Origin: a virus
IMG/VR virus record: IMGVR_UViG_3300008952_000012
Coordinates: 70,530-134,529 of that record
Length of the DNA: 64,000 bases
Reading direction: 5' to 3' (one strand)
Part shown: positions 47,448 to 58,000 of the stretch, one piece after another
How positions within the stretch are numbered: the first letter of the stretch is position 1
Layout of the letters: the number at the start of each line of letters is the position of its first letter
Position numbers and translations under genes: made by a program
Notes under the pieces: model-generated
The model's input: the letters and a program-made list of their open reading frames with translations, nothing else
The model's database searches: none
What the model was told of the DNA's origin: nothing

Positions 47448-47545
47448 TCGCCATGCGGTATTTAGGTTGTATATCGACCGAAGATGGTGCCCCGGCAGGA
47501 CCGTGTTAAACGTTAACAACAAAATCCCTTAAGGAGGGTAAAGCG

Positions 47546-48172
47546 ATGAATGAACTTCTAGCACAGGCCTACGGTACAGCCGACAATATCCAGAAGAACT
47601 CTGGCGTAGAGAAGACTGCTGAGGCCGCACTACTTGAAGAGCTTGAGAAAATTGCCAGCGCTGAGGGCATTGATCTCAACGAATTTGATGACAATGACAT
47701 CATGGAAATCATTGGCGAGGCACTCGGTGAAACCGAGAAAGTCGCGTCTGTGGAGACCGAGGAAGATGTCGCGGATGAGGGCGAGGCCAAGCTGGCCGAG
47801 GCCGACTTCCTTGGCCGGACCATGGCTCATTCTTTTTATGATGAGCTTACGTCCATCCAGCACGTCGGTGGTACCGAAAAGACTGCAACTGGTCGTCCCA
47901 GTGATGCTTTCTTGAAGGTTGCCGCAGGCGCGGAGACCGTCACCGAAGAGACCGAGAATGTCGATCCCGAGATGCTGAAGGCGTTTGAGGACGCTTCTAT
48001 GGCTCGTGCGACCGAGATTATCGACTATCTCGACAGTGGCGAGGTTAAGCAGTCTTCCGCAGCGTACGATGATGAGGAGCTTGATGCTGCCGTCACCCAG
48101 CGTGCCGGAGAGCTTCTCAGCGAGGCTGGCTACGACGTAGAGGCTATTTCTGCGGCACTTATGGGTGAGTAA
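47546..48172 (+). CDS. Acidic scaffold/internal core protein with five K-x-A motifs
   Basis: EKTAE, EKIAS, EKVAS, EKTAT, LKVAA; AAGGAGG RBS. Confidence 0.6.
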   Translation: MNELLAQAYGTADNIQKNSGVEKTAEAALLEELEKIASAEGIDLNEFDDNDIMEIIGEALGETEKVASVETEEDVADEGEAKLAEADFLGRTMAHSFYDELTSIQHVGGTEKTATGRPSDAFLKVAAGAETVTEETENVDPEMLKAFEDASMARATEIIDYLDSGEVKQSSAAYDDEELDAAVTQRAGELLSEAGYDVEAISAALMGE

Positions 48173-48177
48173 TTACT

Positions 48178-48369
48178 GTGTCTAATTCGGGTAAACCATC
48201 AAAAGAGAGACTTGAACGGCTTAAAGAAGTGTTCCGCAAAGCCCAGGAAGAGGGGGAAGATTCCCTGAAAACTGGATCTAAGGAACTCAGAAATAATCCT
48301 GACAAGGCTGCCTTGTTTACCCTATTAGCTGGTAATATAATCCATAGGAGCAAGTCGCAGGAGCGATAA
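48178..48369 (+). CDS. Small hypothetical protein
   Basis: Fills the gap between neighbours; GTG start. Confidence 0.45.
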   Translation: MSNSGKPSKERLERLKEVFRKAQEEGEDSLKTGSKELRNNPDKAALFTLLAGNIIHRSKSQER

Positions 48370-48377
48370 CAAGAGAC

Positions 48378-48407
48378 AACCCCCGCCCGGGGCAACTCGG
48401 GTGGGGT
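48378..48407 (+). promoter_or_regulatory. 13-bp RNA hairpin with GCAA (GNRA) tetraloop and no U-tract
   Basis: AACCCCGCCCGGG-GCAA-CTCGGGTGGGGTT, two G-U pairs. Confidence 0.6.
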
Positions 48408-48430
48408 TAGTCCCCAGGAGAAAAGCAAAT

Positions 48431-49183
48431 ATGTCATCTTTAGACACACTAATACAGAAGCTTGCTGGGGCTGCCTCTTCCGCTTCCACGTCCGAACCTT
48501 CTTCGGCGCACACGACTAGCACGGAAGCGACGCTAACAGACCCCGTATACGTAGAGAAATTGGCCTCTGCCGTTGATTTCATTATTGATACGTGGGGAGG
48601 TGAGCCGGAAGAGGTTGGGACCCAAACTCGACCAGAGCTAGTAGAAACCAAAACCGCACAGGTAGAAGAGCCAGTTGCGGAGGCGGTTGAAATAGAATCT
48701 GTTAACCAGATTTCAGATCTTTTGAAAAACAAGCTTCAAACAAAGCTGGCCTCTAAAAGAGAGGCAGAGAGTGCTGCGATTGAAGCGCGTGGATCTCAAA
48801 TCGCTGAAGGCGTTTTGAGTAAACTCCTCGAATTGAGGAGTGACGTAGCTGATTTGACTAAGGAGATTCCTGAGTCCTCGGAAGAGGACGATGATGTAAT
48901 CTCCCAAAGTTTTTATTCAGGTAGTAGCAATGAAGAAGAAAAGTCTGACTCAAATGAGGCAGACGGCGAAGCAGCGATCAAGGCAGCAGCCGCAGATCAA
49001 AGCTTAGCTGATGTGCTGAATGCAGCACTAGGTACTGACGAACAGTCCGATGAGAGCGTCCAAGAGGACGTGAAGACCGCTGGGGTTCGTGGTAGCGAGG
49101 GGTCTTCTAAGACCCGCAAGGCGGCTACTCATCTTCTAAAGCAGAAGTTGTTAGCCAAAACAGGTGAGGAGGCACAATCATGA
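48431..49183 (+). CDS. Acidic scaffold-like protein with five K-x-A motifs
   Basis: QKLAG, EKLAS, TKTAQ, TKLAS, VKTAG; AGGAG RBS. Confidence 0.6.
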   Translation: MSSLDTLIQKLAGAASSASTSEPSSAHTTSTEATLTDPVYVEKLASAVDFIIDTWGGEPEEVGTQTRPELVETKTAQVEEPVAEAVEIESVNQISDLLKNKLQTKLASKREAESAAIEARGSQIAEGVLSKLLELRSDVADLTKEIPESSEEDDDVISQSFYSGSSNEEEKSDSNEADGEAAIKAAAADQSLADVLNAALGTDEQSDESVQEDVKTAGVRGSEGSSKTRKAATHLLKQKLLAKTGEEAQS

Positions 49184-49527
49184 GCACACTAACCAAAGAA
49201 TCAACCCAAGAGGTGTTATCCCAAGTACCAACCGCTCTTAGAGCGCTGGTCGAGGAGAACACTAAGCTTGCCTCTGCTATTGCAGAGTATGAGCGTCGGG
49301 ATAAAGCGGAGGAAATTGTCTCAATGATGGATGCCCGTGGTTTCTCAGACCGAGCAACTCCTTTTAAGAAGAAGGTGGCAGCCCTGTTAGCTTCTAAGAA
49401 GGATCTGTCTGTAGTTAAGGAAGCCCTGGCCCTATCCGCACCTGATCTGTCCTTTGCATCTCTATCCGACGTGCCGGATTCTAATGATGCAACATCCGCC
49501 TTCGAGAACTTTCTTCTCGAAGATTAA
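49180..49527 (+). CDS. Scaffold-like coiled-coil protein
   Basis: ENTKLASAI coiled coil; C-terminal SAFENFLLED typical of scaffold ends. Confidence 0.55.
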   Translation: MSTLTKESTQEVLSQVPTALRALVEENTKLASAIAEYERRDKAEEIVSMMDARGFSDRATPFKKKVAALLASKKDLSVVKEALALSAPDLSFASLSDVPDSNDATSAFENFLLED

Positions 49528-49549
49528 CTAGAAACTGGAGGAAAGAAAA

Positions 49550-50176
49550 ATGGCATTACAACCATTACAAGCCACCAGACGGCGGAGTGTTAGCCCTACC
49601 ACGACTACCCTTAACATGCTTGTTGAGGATATCGACTGTAGTGCTTTTGCTACTGCGCCTGAAGATGGCCAATTCATTGTCGCCGTTTCCAAGACTGGAA
49701 ACGATGGCACTGGTGAAACGATCAGCTCCGATGATGCAAGTTCCACCACCCCCGGAGGCCACGGTCTCTGCATGGTGTGGGGTTCTGCTCAGCGTTCTGA
49801 TCGTCAAGCCCGTGGCGACGCCCGTGTTCCCGTAATCCGTAAGGGTGGGGGACGTTTTCGTACTAAGTGCTTTTTGCACGATGATGACGATGGCACCTTA
49901 GCAACTAATTACGCCGAGGGTGCGCCCTTGACTGTTGCTCAGCCCGCCGCTGCAAGCCCTCTTCAGGGGTCTGCTGATCGTCTGTTGCTTTGTCCCGCTG
50001 GGGCAAACTTCACTGGCCTGAACGGTACTACTCACACAGCCGCTGATGGCGCTGGTGATAACTGCTGGATTGTCGGATACGTCATTCGTGTAATCACTGA
50101 CTCTACTGTCTCCGGAACCGGAGAGATTGAGTTTTACTTGTACGACCAACCCCGACTCACCCGGATTGACGGCTAA
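49550..50176 (+). CDS. Probable capsid decoration/cement protein
   Basis: Beta-rich, directly upstream of the major capsid gene. Confidence 0.5.
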   Translation: MALQPLQATRRRSVSPTTTTLNMLVEDIDCSAFATAPEDGQFIVAVSKTGNDGTGETISSDDASSTTPGGHGLCMVWGSAQRSDRQARGDARVPVIRKGGGRFRTKCFLHDDDDGTLATNYAEGAPLTVAQPAAASPLQGSADRLLLCPAGANFTGLNGTTHTAADGAGDNCWIVGYVIRVITDSTVSGTGEIEFYLYDQPRLTRIDG

Positions 50177-50190
50177 AGGAGGATAAAGAT

Positions 50191-51387
50191 ATGTCTAGTG
50201 TACCATCTGAAGTCCTCAACGAGCTTTTTGTTAGTAAGCTCGATTCTGAGGCCGGAAAAGAAAAGATTGCTGCCCTTGGTGGCGATTACATCCGTGACCG
50301 TTTACGTGAGGAGAGTTTTGCTCGCAAGATCCTCCCCCCGAAGTCGGTTTCTCGCTCTGACCTTCAGGTCAGTGTTAGTCACGATACCCTGGTTAAGATC
50401 GTAGAGGTCGAACCCCAGAGCCGTGCCATGTCGTTATCTTTCCGGGGTCAGCCCTCGGTTAAGTACTACACCGGCCCGCGTTTTGAGGTGCCCTTCCACA
50501 CGGTGGGCTCCGAGCGATACGAGCAGACTGAGCAGGAATTGATGGCATACACGATGCCTATTACGGAGATCATCCGTCGTAACATCGTGAACGACATCCA
50601 AGAGGTTGAGGACACTGTGTTCTTGAACCACATGGAGTCGGCTTGTCAGTCCTTGCAACAGGATGCACAGGGTCTTACGTTTGGCAATACTTATGCCAAT
50701 GCTGATTCTTTCACGGCTTTGAACGTGAATAACGGCGTTGCAGAGGTCGGCAAGTGTAAGGGTGTTGACGTTCTTCAAAACGCTAATGGGGCTTTGGCCG
50801 CTGACGCTGCGAACGACGAGGACCTTGCGTTCCCCGTCCAGAAGGATGACTTCATTAAGCTGTTCCAGCTTTTCACGGGCTCGGGTAACCGGGGTTCGCG
50901 TCTTCGCTGCGATCAGTTCCTGATGACTGATACCGATTTTGAGGATCTTAACGCCTGGGTCCATGCGGACATGGGTGAGAAGATTGTCGGTGAGACTACT
51001 GTTGATGGGTACAAGTACTCTACGGTCATTGGCCGTAAGTTCGTCCGTACCTTGAAGACAGATATTCTGCGACCCGGCAGCATTTATGCCTTCGCTGCTT
51101 CCGAGTATCTCGGTGGTTTCTTGCTTCTCAATAAGACGAAGTTCTACGCTGACAAAGAGCGTAACCGAGTTTCGTTTGAGGCGTGGGAAGATATCGGCAT
51201 GTACATCGGTAACGTTGCTGGTGTTCGTAAGTTGGAGTTGTTTGCTGGATCTGTTGATCCGCTGACTGACCCCACTCAGAACCCCAATACGCGTGCCGCA
51301 CGCTTGCCGGTTGACGAAGCCGACCTCGGTCAGAAGAACAACCTCGTTGAGGAAGGCCAGACCTTCCCTGCGGTGTCGTCCTTCTAG
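50191..51387 (+). CDS. Major capsid protein (HK97/encapsulin-like fold)
   Basis: RDRLREESFARKILPP, DIQEVEDTVF, FEAWEDIGMYIGN; strong RBS and following terminator. Confidence 0.8.
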   Translation: MSSVPSEVLNELFVSKLDSEAGKEKIAALGGDYIRDRLREESFARKILPPKSVSRSDLQVSVSHDTLVKIVEVEPQSRAMSLSFRGQPSVKYYTGPRFEVPFHTVGSERYEQTEQELMAYTMPITEIIRRNIVNDIQEVEDTVFLNHMESACQSLQQDAQGLTFGNTYANADSFTALNVNNGVAEVGKCKGVDVLQNANGALAADAANDEDLAFPVQKDDFIKLFQLFTGSGNRGSRLRCDQFLMTDTDFEDLNAWVHADMGEKIVGETTVDGYKYSTVIGRKFVRTLKTDILRPGSIYAFAASEYLGGFLLLNKTKFYADKERNRVSFEAWEDIGMYIGNVAGVRKLELFAGSVDPLTDPTQNPNTRAARLPVDEADLGQKNNLVEEGQTFPAVSSF

Positions 51388-51398
51388 TGTTGTCCCTT

Positions 51399-51450
51399 GT
51401 GGGGGTGCCCCCTGGCTTCGGCTGGGGGGCACTTCCCACTTACTTTATTT
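51399..51450 (+). terminator. Terminator hairpin with cUUCGg loop after the capsid gene
   Basis: GTGCCCCCTGGC-TTCG-GCTGGGGGGCAC, outer GTGGG/CCCAC stem, T-rich tail. Confidence 0.7.
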
Positions 51451-51466
51451 GGAGGTAATAAAAGAC

Positions 51467-52024
51467 ATGCCTTACATCATTAAAGCATTGATTGGCGGTC
51501 GGAGAGATCCACTGCATAGGCCCAAAAAGGGCGGTAGGCATTTGTCCCCTGCCTCTCGACGCGCATATGGGCGGTTGACAATTGGGAACAGAACTATCAA
51601 GCGCGGAAAGCAGATTTCCGTCAGCGATACTGTTTACGAACAGTTCAAATCTAAAATCGACGCCTTGGCGGAAAGCGGGATCATCGCTTTAACCAAGACC
51701 GGCCAGACTAAAGGCGAATGGAAGCAGGAACAGCTTCACGCCCCGCCCCCGCCCGCTCCAGAACCGCCCGCACCAGCGCCGGAGGTTAAGGAAGAGGAAA
51801 GCCGTGGGGTAGTCGAAATTGAAATGGCCCCACCCGAGCCGGAGCCAGAAGTGGACGCAGCGCCTGAGCCTACTGAGATTGAGGAGCCCCCCGCCCCCAA
51901 GAAGCGCTCAAGCAGAAAAGCTAAGGCTGAGGAGGCTAAGGCTGAGGAGAAGGCCGAAGAGCCTCCCACGGAACCGGCTAAATCAAAGCGAAGGGGACGT
52001 CGCAAATCTAAGAAGGATGACTAA
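51467..52024 (+). CDS. Small-domain protein with Pro/Glu-rich and basic tail
   Basis: GGAGG RBS before ATG 51467. Confidence 0.6.
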   Translation: MPYIIKALIGGRRDPLHRPKKGGRHLSPASRRAYGRLTIGNRTIKRGKQISVSDTVYEQFKSKIDALAESGIIALTKTGQTKGEWKQEQLHAPPPPAPEPPAPAPEVKEEESRGVVEIEMAPPEPEPEVDAAPEPTEIEEPPAPKKRSSRKAKAEEAKAEEKAEEPPTEPAKSKRRGRRKSKKDD

Positions 52025-52287
52025 TGTTTATTCGAAGCGAGAGAAAGGCTTGGAATATTGCAGGAGTCTATCTGACCCCAGGCTCAACCATGCCCATCGA
52101 CCATGAGACGCTAAAAAAATACCAGCGTCTGGTTGACCGTGGTGATCTGGCCGTATTCGAAAAAGACCCTAACGCGAAGGCGAAAGCGGTACTCAAGGCA
52201 GAGTCCTCCGAGGACACCCCTAAAGAGAAACCGAAGGCCCGAACAAAGAGAAAGCGAAGCGCTAAGAAGAAGGTAGACGATGCCTAA
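52024..52287 (+). CDS. Small-domain protein with basic tail
   Basis: TAATG coupling. Confidence 0.55.
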   Translation: MFIRSERKAWNIAGVYLTPGSTMPIDHETLKKYQRLVDRGDLAVFEKDPNAKAKAVLKAESSEDTPKEKPKARTKRKRSAKKKVDDA

Positions 52288-52813
52288 TGATCCATTAGTT
52301 CCTAGCGGGGATGCACACGGAATAGACGCATCCGCTAAAAAGGGGTTACCAAAAAAGCTGGTAAACCTCATTGCGCTGATTCGCGCAAAGCTTAGGGACT
52401 ATCCGGAACTTAATCGTCTCATTGAGGGGAACGAAACCTCCGACCGAGAGATTGCATTCGCTGTAATGGAGGCCATTGATGACTTCAATACCTCACCCCC
52501 GCTCATTGGCGGCTTCGGGCTGGAGGATTTTCCCTCCACCTCCTTGCTTATTAGGGGCTCTATAATTAACGTGCTTGAGTCCGTTGGTCTCCTGCAAACA
52601 CGTAACCAAATGAACTATTCAGACGGCCAAGGCATACAAGTTGGTGTTTCTGACAAAGCTCCCATGCTCATGAACTGGATTAATCTCTATACGAACCAGT
52701 ATGAGCAGAAGAAGTTTCGTCTGAAACAGGCCATCAACCTTGGTGGCGCTCTGAATGGCACGGCAGTACCCTCCGAGTATGTGCTCGTGAACGGGTACTT
52801 TGATGACCTGTAG
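52280..52813 (+). CDS. Head-tail adaptor (neck) protein
   Basis: Helical N-terminus RAKLRD..LN.LI.G.E.SD.EI; position after capsid gene. Confidence 0.55.
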   Translation: MPNDPLVPSGDAHGIDASAKKGLPKKLVNLIALIRAKLRDYPELNRLIEGNETSDREIAFAVMEAIDDFNTSPPLIGGFGLEDFPSTSLLIRGSIINVLESVGLLQTRNQMNYSDGQGIQVGVSDKAPMLMNWINLYTNQYEQKKFRLKQAINLGGALNGTAVPSEYVLVNGYFDDL

Positions 52814-52824
52814 GAGAAACTGAG

Positions 52825-53199
52825 ATGGCGCAGATTCCAAATAAAAACAAGGTAAGCATCACCATCGCGGGTACTGGTATGGTGCAAGATGTTCCTATCC
52901 CCGACTCTGGTATGTACACCAAATTTGCGATTTCGATTCCAGCCGCCAACGTGGATGCCGTAGGGGTCTTGCAGGGCGACCTTGGGAACGGGTTTTTAGA
53001 TATCGTAAATGTTGATACAACCGGCGACGACGCCGTTGTAAGCGTAGGGCTTAGAGCGGGCGCTGTATCGATGGTCACTCTGGCTGCCCCATGTGCTGGC
53101 GGCGTTCAGCTTGGCGGCATAAACGTGAGCAACAACCAGACGGTTGTAGTCAATGTGATGATGACCGGGTCTCTATACAGTTCGGGGAGGAATTCATGA
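52825..53199 (+). CDS. Hypothetical beta-rich virion protein
   Basis: Composition and position. Confidence 0.5.
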   Translation: MAQIPNKNKVSITIAGTGMVQDVPIPDSGMYTKFAISIPAANVDAVGVLQGDLGNGFLDIVNVDTTGDDAVVSVGLRAGAVSMVTLAAPCAGGVQLGGINVSNNQTVVVNVMMTGSLYSSGRNS

Positions 53200-53555
53200 G
53201 CAACCCCTTTGATATTCTCGCCAGTGTAAATGATACCGATGACAACTACGCGGACAGGGTGGAGTTCTTCCTAAGCTTGAAGGAAAAGGTCGGCGCGTTA
53301 AACGTAAAAGCTGTGGCCAAGGATGAGGTAAAAGCTCTTCTAAAGTCTAAGGGAGTCAGTACCGCAAAGCTTAGAAGCTCTCTTGGCGGGAAGATGAATA
53401 AACCAAAAGACATCCCCGGTTATTCGTCTAAGCTTGGTCCGTCGGGAAAACAGGTAAAAGCGCCACCAGTCGAAAAGTCTAAAGATATAAAAGCACCTAA
53501 GAGCGAGACAAAGAAAAAGCTTGTCGAGGCTCTAAAAAGGATGAGCACGAAGTGA
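53196..53555 (+). CDS. Basic hypothetical protein
   Basis: GGGAGG RBS before ATG 53196. Confidence 0.55.
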   Translation: MSNPFDILASVNDTDDNYADRVEFFLSLKEKVGALNVKAVAKDEVKALLKSKGVSTAKLRSSLGGKMNKPKDIPGYSSKLGPSGKQVKAPPVEKSKDIKAPKSETKKKLVEALKRMSTK

Positions 53556-54448
53556 TAAAAGTTTCGGACATACGGGTACGAAGTTTCGACGTAGATTATT
53601 TAGATATCTACTGGGACATTGAGCCTGCGTTCGAAGACTTGAATAATTACGAGTTTGTCGTAGAAAAGGCCGAGAGTGAATTTGGCCCATACGAGCCTTT
53701 GACCGGGCCTATTATAGACAAATATCACGTACGGGATATTACCCTCCGTGGGCGGTTTACATATTACACTAAAATATACTATCGTATTCGTGTCCGTAAC
53801 CGAGAGACGGGGGATAGCTTGGTGTACCCGGAAACGGGTGGCGCGAAGCTGGCCGCTAAACCGGATTTAGCTGCTCTAGAGATGGCCAGAATAAACAACC
53901 TGCGACTGAAAGAGTTCTCCGGAAGGAAGCTGTGGATTTTCCCCAAAAGGAAAATGGGCCAGCGTTGCGGTCTCTGTTGGGACCAAACTTCAGGAAGAAA
54001 GACCCGGTCCCAGTGCCCAAATTGTTTCGATACCGCCTGGGTGGGCGGGTACCACGCGCCTGTAGAAGCATACGGTCTTATAGCCACGCCGAACGAACAG
54101 ACTATTCATGCGAACTTTGGCAACGTTGAAAATGAGAATACTTCTTTTATGCTGGGTAACTACCCTGAGTTGTTTGAGGGGGATCTTGTAGTAGAGGCGG
54201 AGAATGTGCGTTGGCGCATCGCCGCTTCCGTGTCCAAGGTGAAAAAAGCTAGATCCATGGTACGACAACAGGCTGCTTTGCATAGAATACCCAAAGGGGA
54301 TATCGAATACAGAATTCCTCTTAACCTTTCTGAGGATGAAGTCGGAATTTTGACAGCATCACCAGAAAGAAATTACACAAACCCTCAGACATTATCTGAG
54401 GCTAAATTATCTAACGTGTTAACTGACGTCTTTGGGAACCGGTCTTAG
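53552..54448 (+). CDS. Head-closure/neck protein with Ig/FN3-like N-terminus and zinc finger
   Basis: DIYW...YEFVVEKAESEFGPYE; CGLC..CPNC; position. Confidence 0.5.
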   Translation: MIKVSDIRVRSFDVDYLDIYWDIEPAFEDLNNYEFVVEKAESEFGPYEPLTGPIIDKYHVRDITLRGRFTYYTKIYYRIRVRNRETGDSLVYPETGGAKLAAKPDLAALEMARINNLRLKEFSGRKLWIFPKRKMGQRCGLCWDQTSGRKTRSQCPNCFDTAWVGGYHAPVEAYGLIATPNEQTIHANFGNVENENTSFMLGNYPELFEGDLVVEAENVRWRIAASVSKVKKARSMVRQQAALHRIPKGDIEYRIPLNLSEDEVGILTASPERNYTNPQTLSEAKLSNVLTDVFGNRS

Positions 54449-54449
54449 A

Positions 54450-55070
54450 ATGCCCTCTTTAGCCAATGAAACCACATTTGTACTCCCAGAAGATAGGCTA
54501 GTAGTAGCTACTCGGGCGTGGCTGGTTTTTTTGCAGGGCCTTTTCAGAAGCCGTCCTGCAGGTTGTCAGATGTGGTCTCCCAATATTGATGAGACTGAGA
54601 TTATAATTACAGATCAAAACCCCTCTCACTTAGAGAGCACTAACAATAGACCAATTATTTGCACAGCAAGGGGCCCAGCCACATGGTCAGGGACATCACT
54701 AAGTCAAGCGATGCAGCCAGTGTTTCACTCACCAAGAAAGGTGATGTCAGACATGATGGGGACATCGATGACGCTTAGTGTGGTAGCCAGAGAGGGCCTA
54801 GAAGCCCAGAGTCTGGCGTACTTGATTTTTAGAATGATACCTATCTTTAAGCCGCAGATTATGCGATTGGGAAGAATGCACGCTATTGGTAATAATATTA
54901 CCTTGACCCAGGAAACCCAAATGGGACAGATTGTTCCAGGCTCATCTACACCTGAATGGAAAATGGTCCAGTTAATGATTCCTTTTTACATACAGGATGT
55001 AATATCGGCAGATGAGAAGGACTTCTACTCGATGGTGCAAGCTGTTAACCTACATATGGGTTTGGGATAG
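54450..55070 (+). CDS. Tail terminator/completion protein
   Basis: Immediately upstream of sheath; alpha/beta pattern. Confidence 0.5.
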   Translation: MPSLANETTFVLPEDRLVVATRAWLVFLQGLFRSRPAGCQMWSPNIDETEIIITDQNPSHLESTNNRPIICTARGPATWSGTSLSQAMQPVFHSPRKVMSDMMGTSMTLSVVAREGLEAQSLAYLIFRMIPIFKPQIMRLGRMHAIGNNITLTQETQMGQIVPGSSTPEWKMVQLMIPFYIQDVISADEKDFYSMVQAVNLHMGLG

Positions 55071-55094
55071 CAAACCGACAGGAGTAATAAAGAA

Positions 55095-58000
55095 ATGGCA
55101 ACGCTTACTCGTCCAGGCGTAGAGATCGCACAAGAAATTACTGCGGGTGCGCCTACAATTTTGACCCCAACTTTGGTTCCGTGCCTAGTTGGTCCTTGTT
55201 TTCAAATAGTCTCTCCTCTGACCGAGGATGGTGCTTTAAATACTGGCGCGGTTGTGTCAGTAGCAGCACTTCTCCAGAGTGACCAGCCGCTGCCCGAATC
55301 CCTGAGTTTATCAGGGAGAACGCTGCAGCTTAAGGTCAACAACGGTCAGGTTCAGACCATTAATTTCCCAGTAACTATTAACGGTGAGGCTATCGATCAT
55401 GCTTTAACCGTTAATACGATCAACAAGCAGCTTACGGGCGCTGTTGCGGAAATTATCGGTGATAAACTGAACATCCTAACGAACTCGAAGGGTTCCAGTC
55501 AGAAGCTTGAATTGATTCTGATTGCTGACCCGAATGTTCGTGCTGACACGATTCTCGAACTGGACCACCTCCAAGGGCTGGTTATTTCGGGACAGAGTCA
55601 GTACTCGAACATTTCCTACACGGTGCCCTACTCCAGTTTCCCGTCGCCAATGGCCTCTGTGGACGAGGTGGTCATTTCGGACGAGAACACGAAGATGTAC
55701 CGGTATTTTGGTGGCACTTTGAGAGAGTTCTCTGAGGACAGCGCCATTAATATCAATGCCTATTCGTGGGGACCGATGCAAGTTGCCAACTGCACCGTTG
55801 CCTCTTCGCATGGACCTGCCTATGGGGACTCCAAGTCCTTCATGTTTGGTAAGGTCAAGGCCGGTTCAAAGACCGACACCCTGCAGCACCTTGGGTCTGA
55901 TGCATTTATGCACTTTCCCTTGTGTCACGATATTAGTCCTGATGGGGGCGAGTTAGCGGGGGCCACTCAATGGCCTGACCCAAGAGGGAAAAACCGACTC
56001 GTTATCAAGGCAGCGGGAATGAACGGCTACATGAGTAGCGGCAACATGGCGAACATGGGTGTCGCTGCGAGTGTGGGTACGGGCGGAAACGACCTTACTC
56101 TTACCATCAACCATGCAGCGCAGCCTGTTCCGGGAACCGTAGATTCTGCCGTAGTTGTTTACACTCCAGGCGCTGGTCTCGCGATCACAGTTTCTGACGA
56201 CACAACGTTTGCCACTCTTGAGGCGGCAATCGACTCTGCTGATATTCCCGCTAATGAGGTTTCTGTTTCACTTGAGTACGACGTGGATGACCCCGCCGTA
56301 GCTACCGTGAGAGATTTCAGCAATGGGAGTCCCGCAGGATCTCCGTGGAATAACACGAAACAAGTTGCTGGGCTGGAACTGTCTTGGGGCTCTGACCCAT
56401 ACGACTTCTCCATCAATGCCCCGCTGACGCAGGGCGTCGGTGCTGGCGGCGTAGCTGACCAGGAAGATCTCTCTAGCGCATATGTTTGTGGAGCGATCCC
56501 TATTGGCGGAGACACTGCCGATGATCTTGGCATCGCTGGGGAGACTATTAAAATCTCTATCGACGGCGGTGTGCCCATTGAGCATACTTTTGTCGGCGGA
56601 GATGGCGTTGTGGCGGCTCTTAATACAGCCCTTACAGGGGTAGGTACCGCGACCACGGTTGGCTACAATCTAGCCAACCCGCTTGGCGAAAGCTTCCAGC
56701 CCCTTCGAATTCAGACTGATTCGGACAATGGGCACGACTCAACTATTGAGATCATTGTCGATAACGCTACGGTCACCCAAAGACTCTTCTCTGGGTCTAT
56801 CTCGGCAACCTCTGGGGTTACAGCAATTGCGGCGCAGTCCGTCGCTCTTGATGAGGATCGTGGCGGGTTGCTTACGTCAGTCGCCTACAACAATGTTCCT
56901 GGCCAAAACGAGTCTGTTTATCAGCAGGCCATTGTCCCCGATACCGTAACCGTTCAGGTGGAGGGCGCTTTGGCTGTTCCGGCCATCTGTGCGGGAACTG
57001 ACAACCTCATGGAAGGTGGTCAGGTAGGAACGGCAGCTAACGCTGCTGCGGAACTCCACCTTGACCACGGCACTGGTGACGTACAGGTTGACATCAACTT
57101 CCCCCTTAACGGTTGGGCTGATCTAACCACCGCCGCTGCTGCCATTCAGGCAGGAATCGTGGGCGCTGGTATCGACGGAATCGTGTGTGCTTCTGAGCAC
57201 GCGGGAACGGTCGTTATCTCCCACTACGCTGCCAACCTTGGCGATACGTTGATTCTGAACTCCGCAAACACGGGCGCTGAAATTTCTGCCGCTCTTGGGA
57301 GTTGCTTTGACATTTCGTCTGCTTGCACCGCCGCCACGCTTACCCTGAGAGATTCTGGAGCTAGCCCCGCATTCCGAGTTGAATGTACCGCTGCTACTGG
57401 GCTCGGGAACCAAGTAAATGTCCCCGCTGGTTTAGACGAGTGGGTTATGGGTGGAGCAGAGGCAGCAAACACAGGCCGAGCAGCGACTCGAATTGATTAC
57501 TCCTCTGGAGACATCAATATTGCGTTTGCTGGCGATGACTTTGCTGGCGCTTACGATGCGGCTCATCCCATTTCTGTGAAACTTGGTCCTGCACCAACGG
57601 CCACTGTTACCTATAACCGCTCTTGGGCAAACACTGTCCAAGCGTCTAAGCAGGCTTACACGGGCAAGCTGCACCACGGGAGAAGCCACCGAACAGAGTT
57701 GTCTGACTTTGCTTGGAGTGACGGCGTGATTCTTGGCCGCATCTCTGCTCTCGAAGCCTTCTCTGCCCCCGGAGGTCCCTACCCCGGAGCGCAAGTAGTC
57801 CTTTCCGAGTTTGCGATGGACAACAAGCAGCTACTTAACAAGTGGTACTTTGTTGCTGACGGGGTGGTGGCTGGAGCTACCGATAACCCACGCGTAGAGC
57901 CAGAAGCCCACGGCAATGACCTTGAGCAGATTTACACCATCAAGCACGCTCTCAATAGAGACTCTGCTGGTGTTGCAATCTCTGGCGGGGCGGACATCTA

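Noticed and set aside
50434-51432. 332-aa ORF antisense to the major capsid gene
   Set aside because: Fully overlaps a strongly supported gene, has no RBS or motifs, and is explained by codon bias of a highly expressed gene
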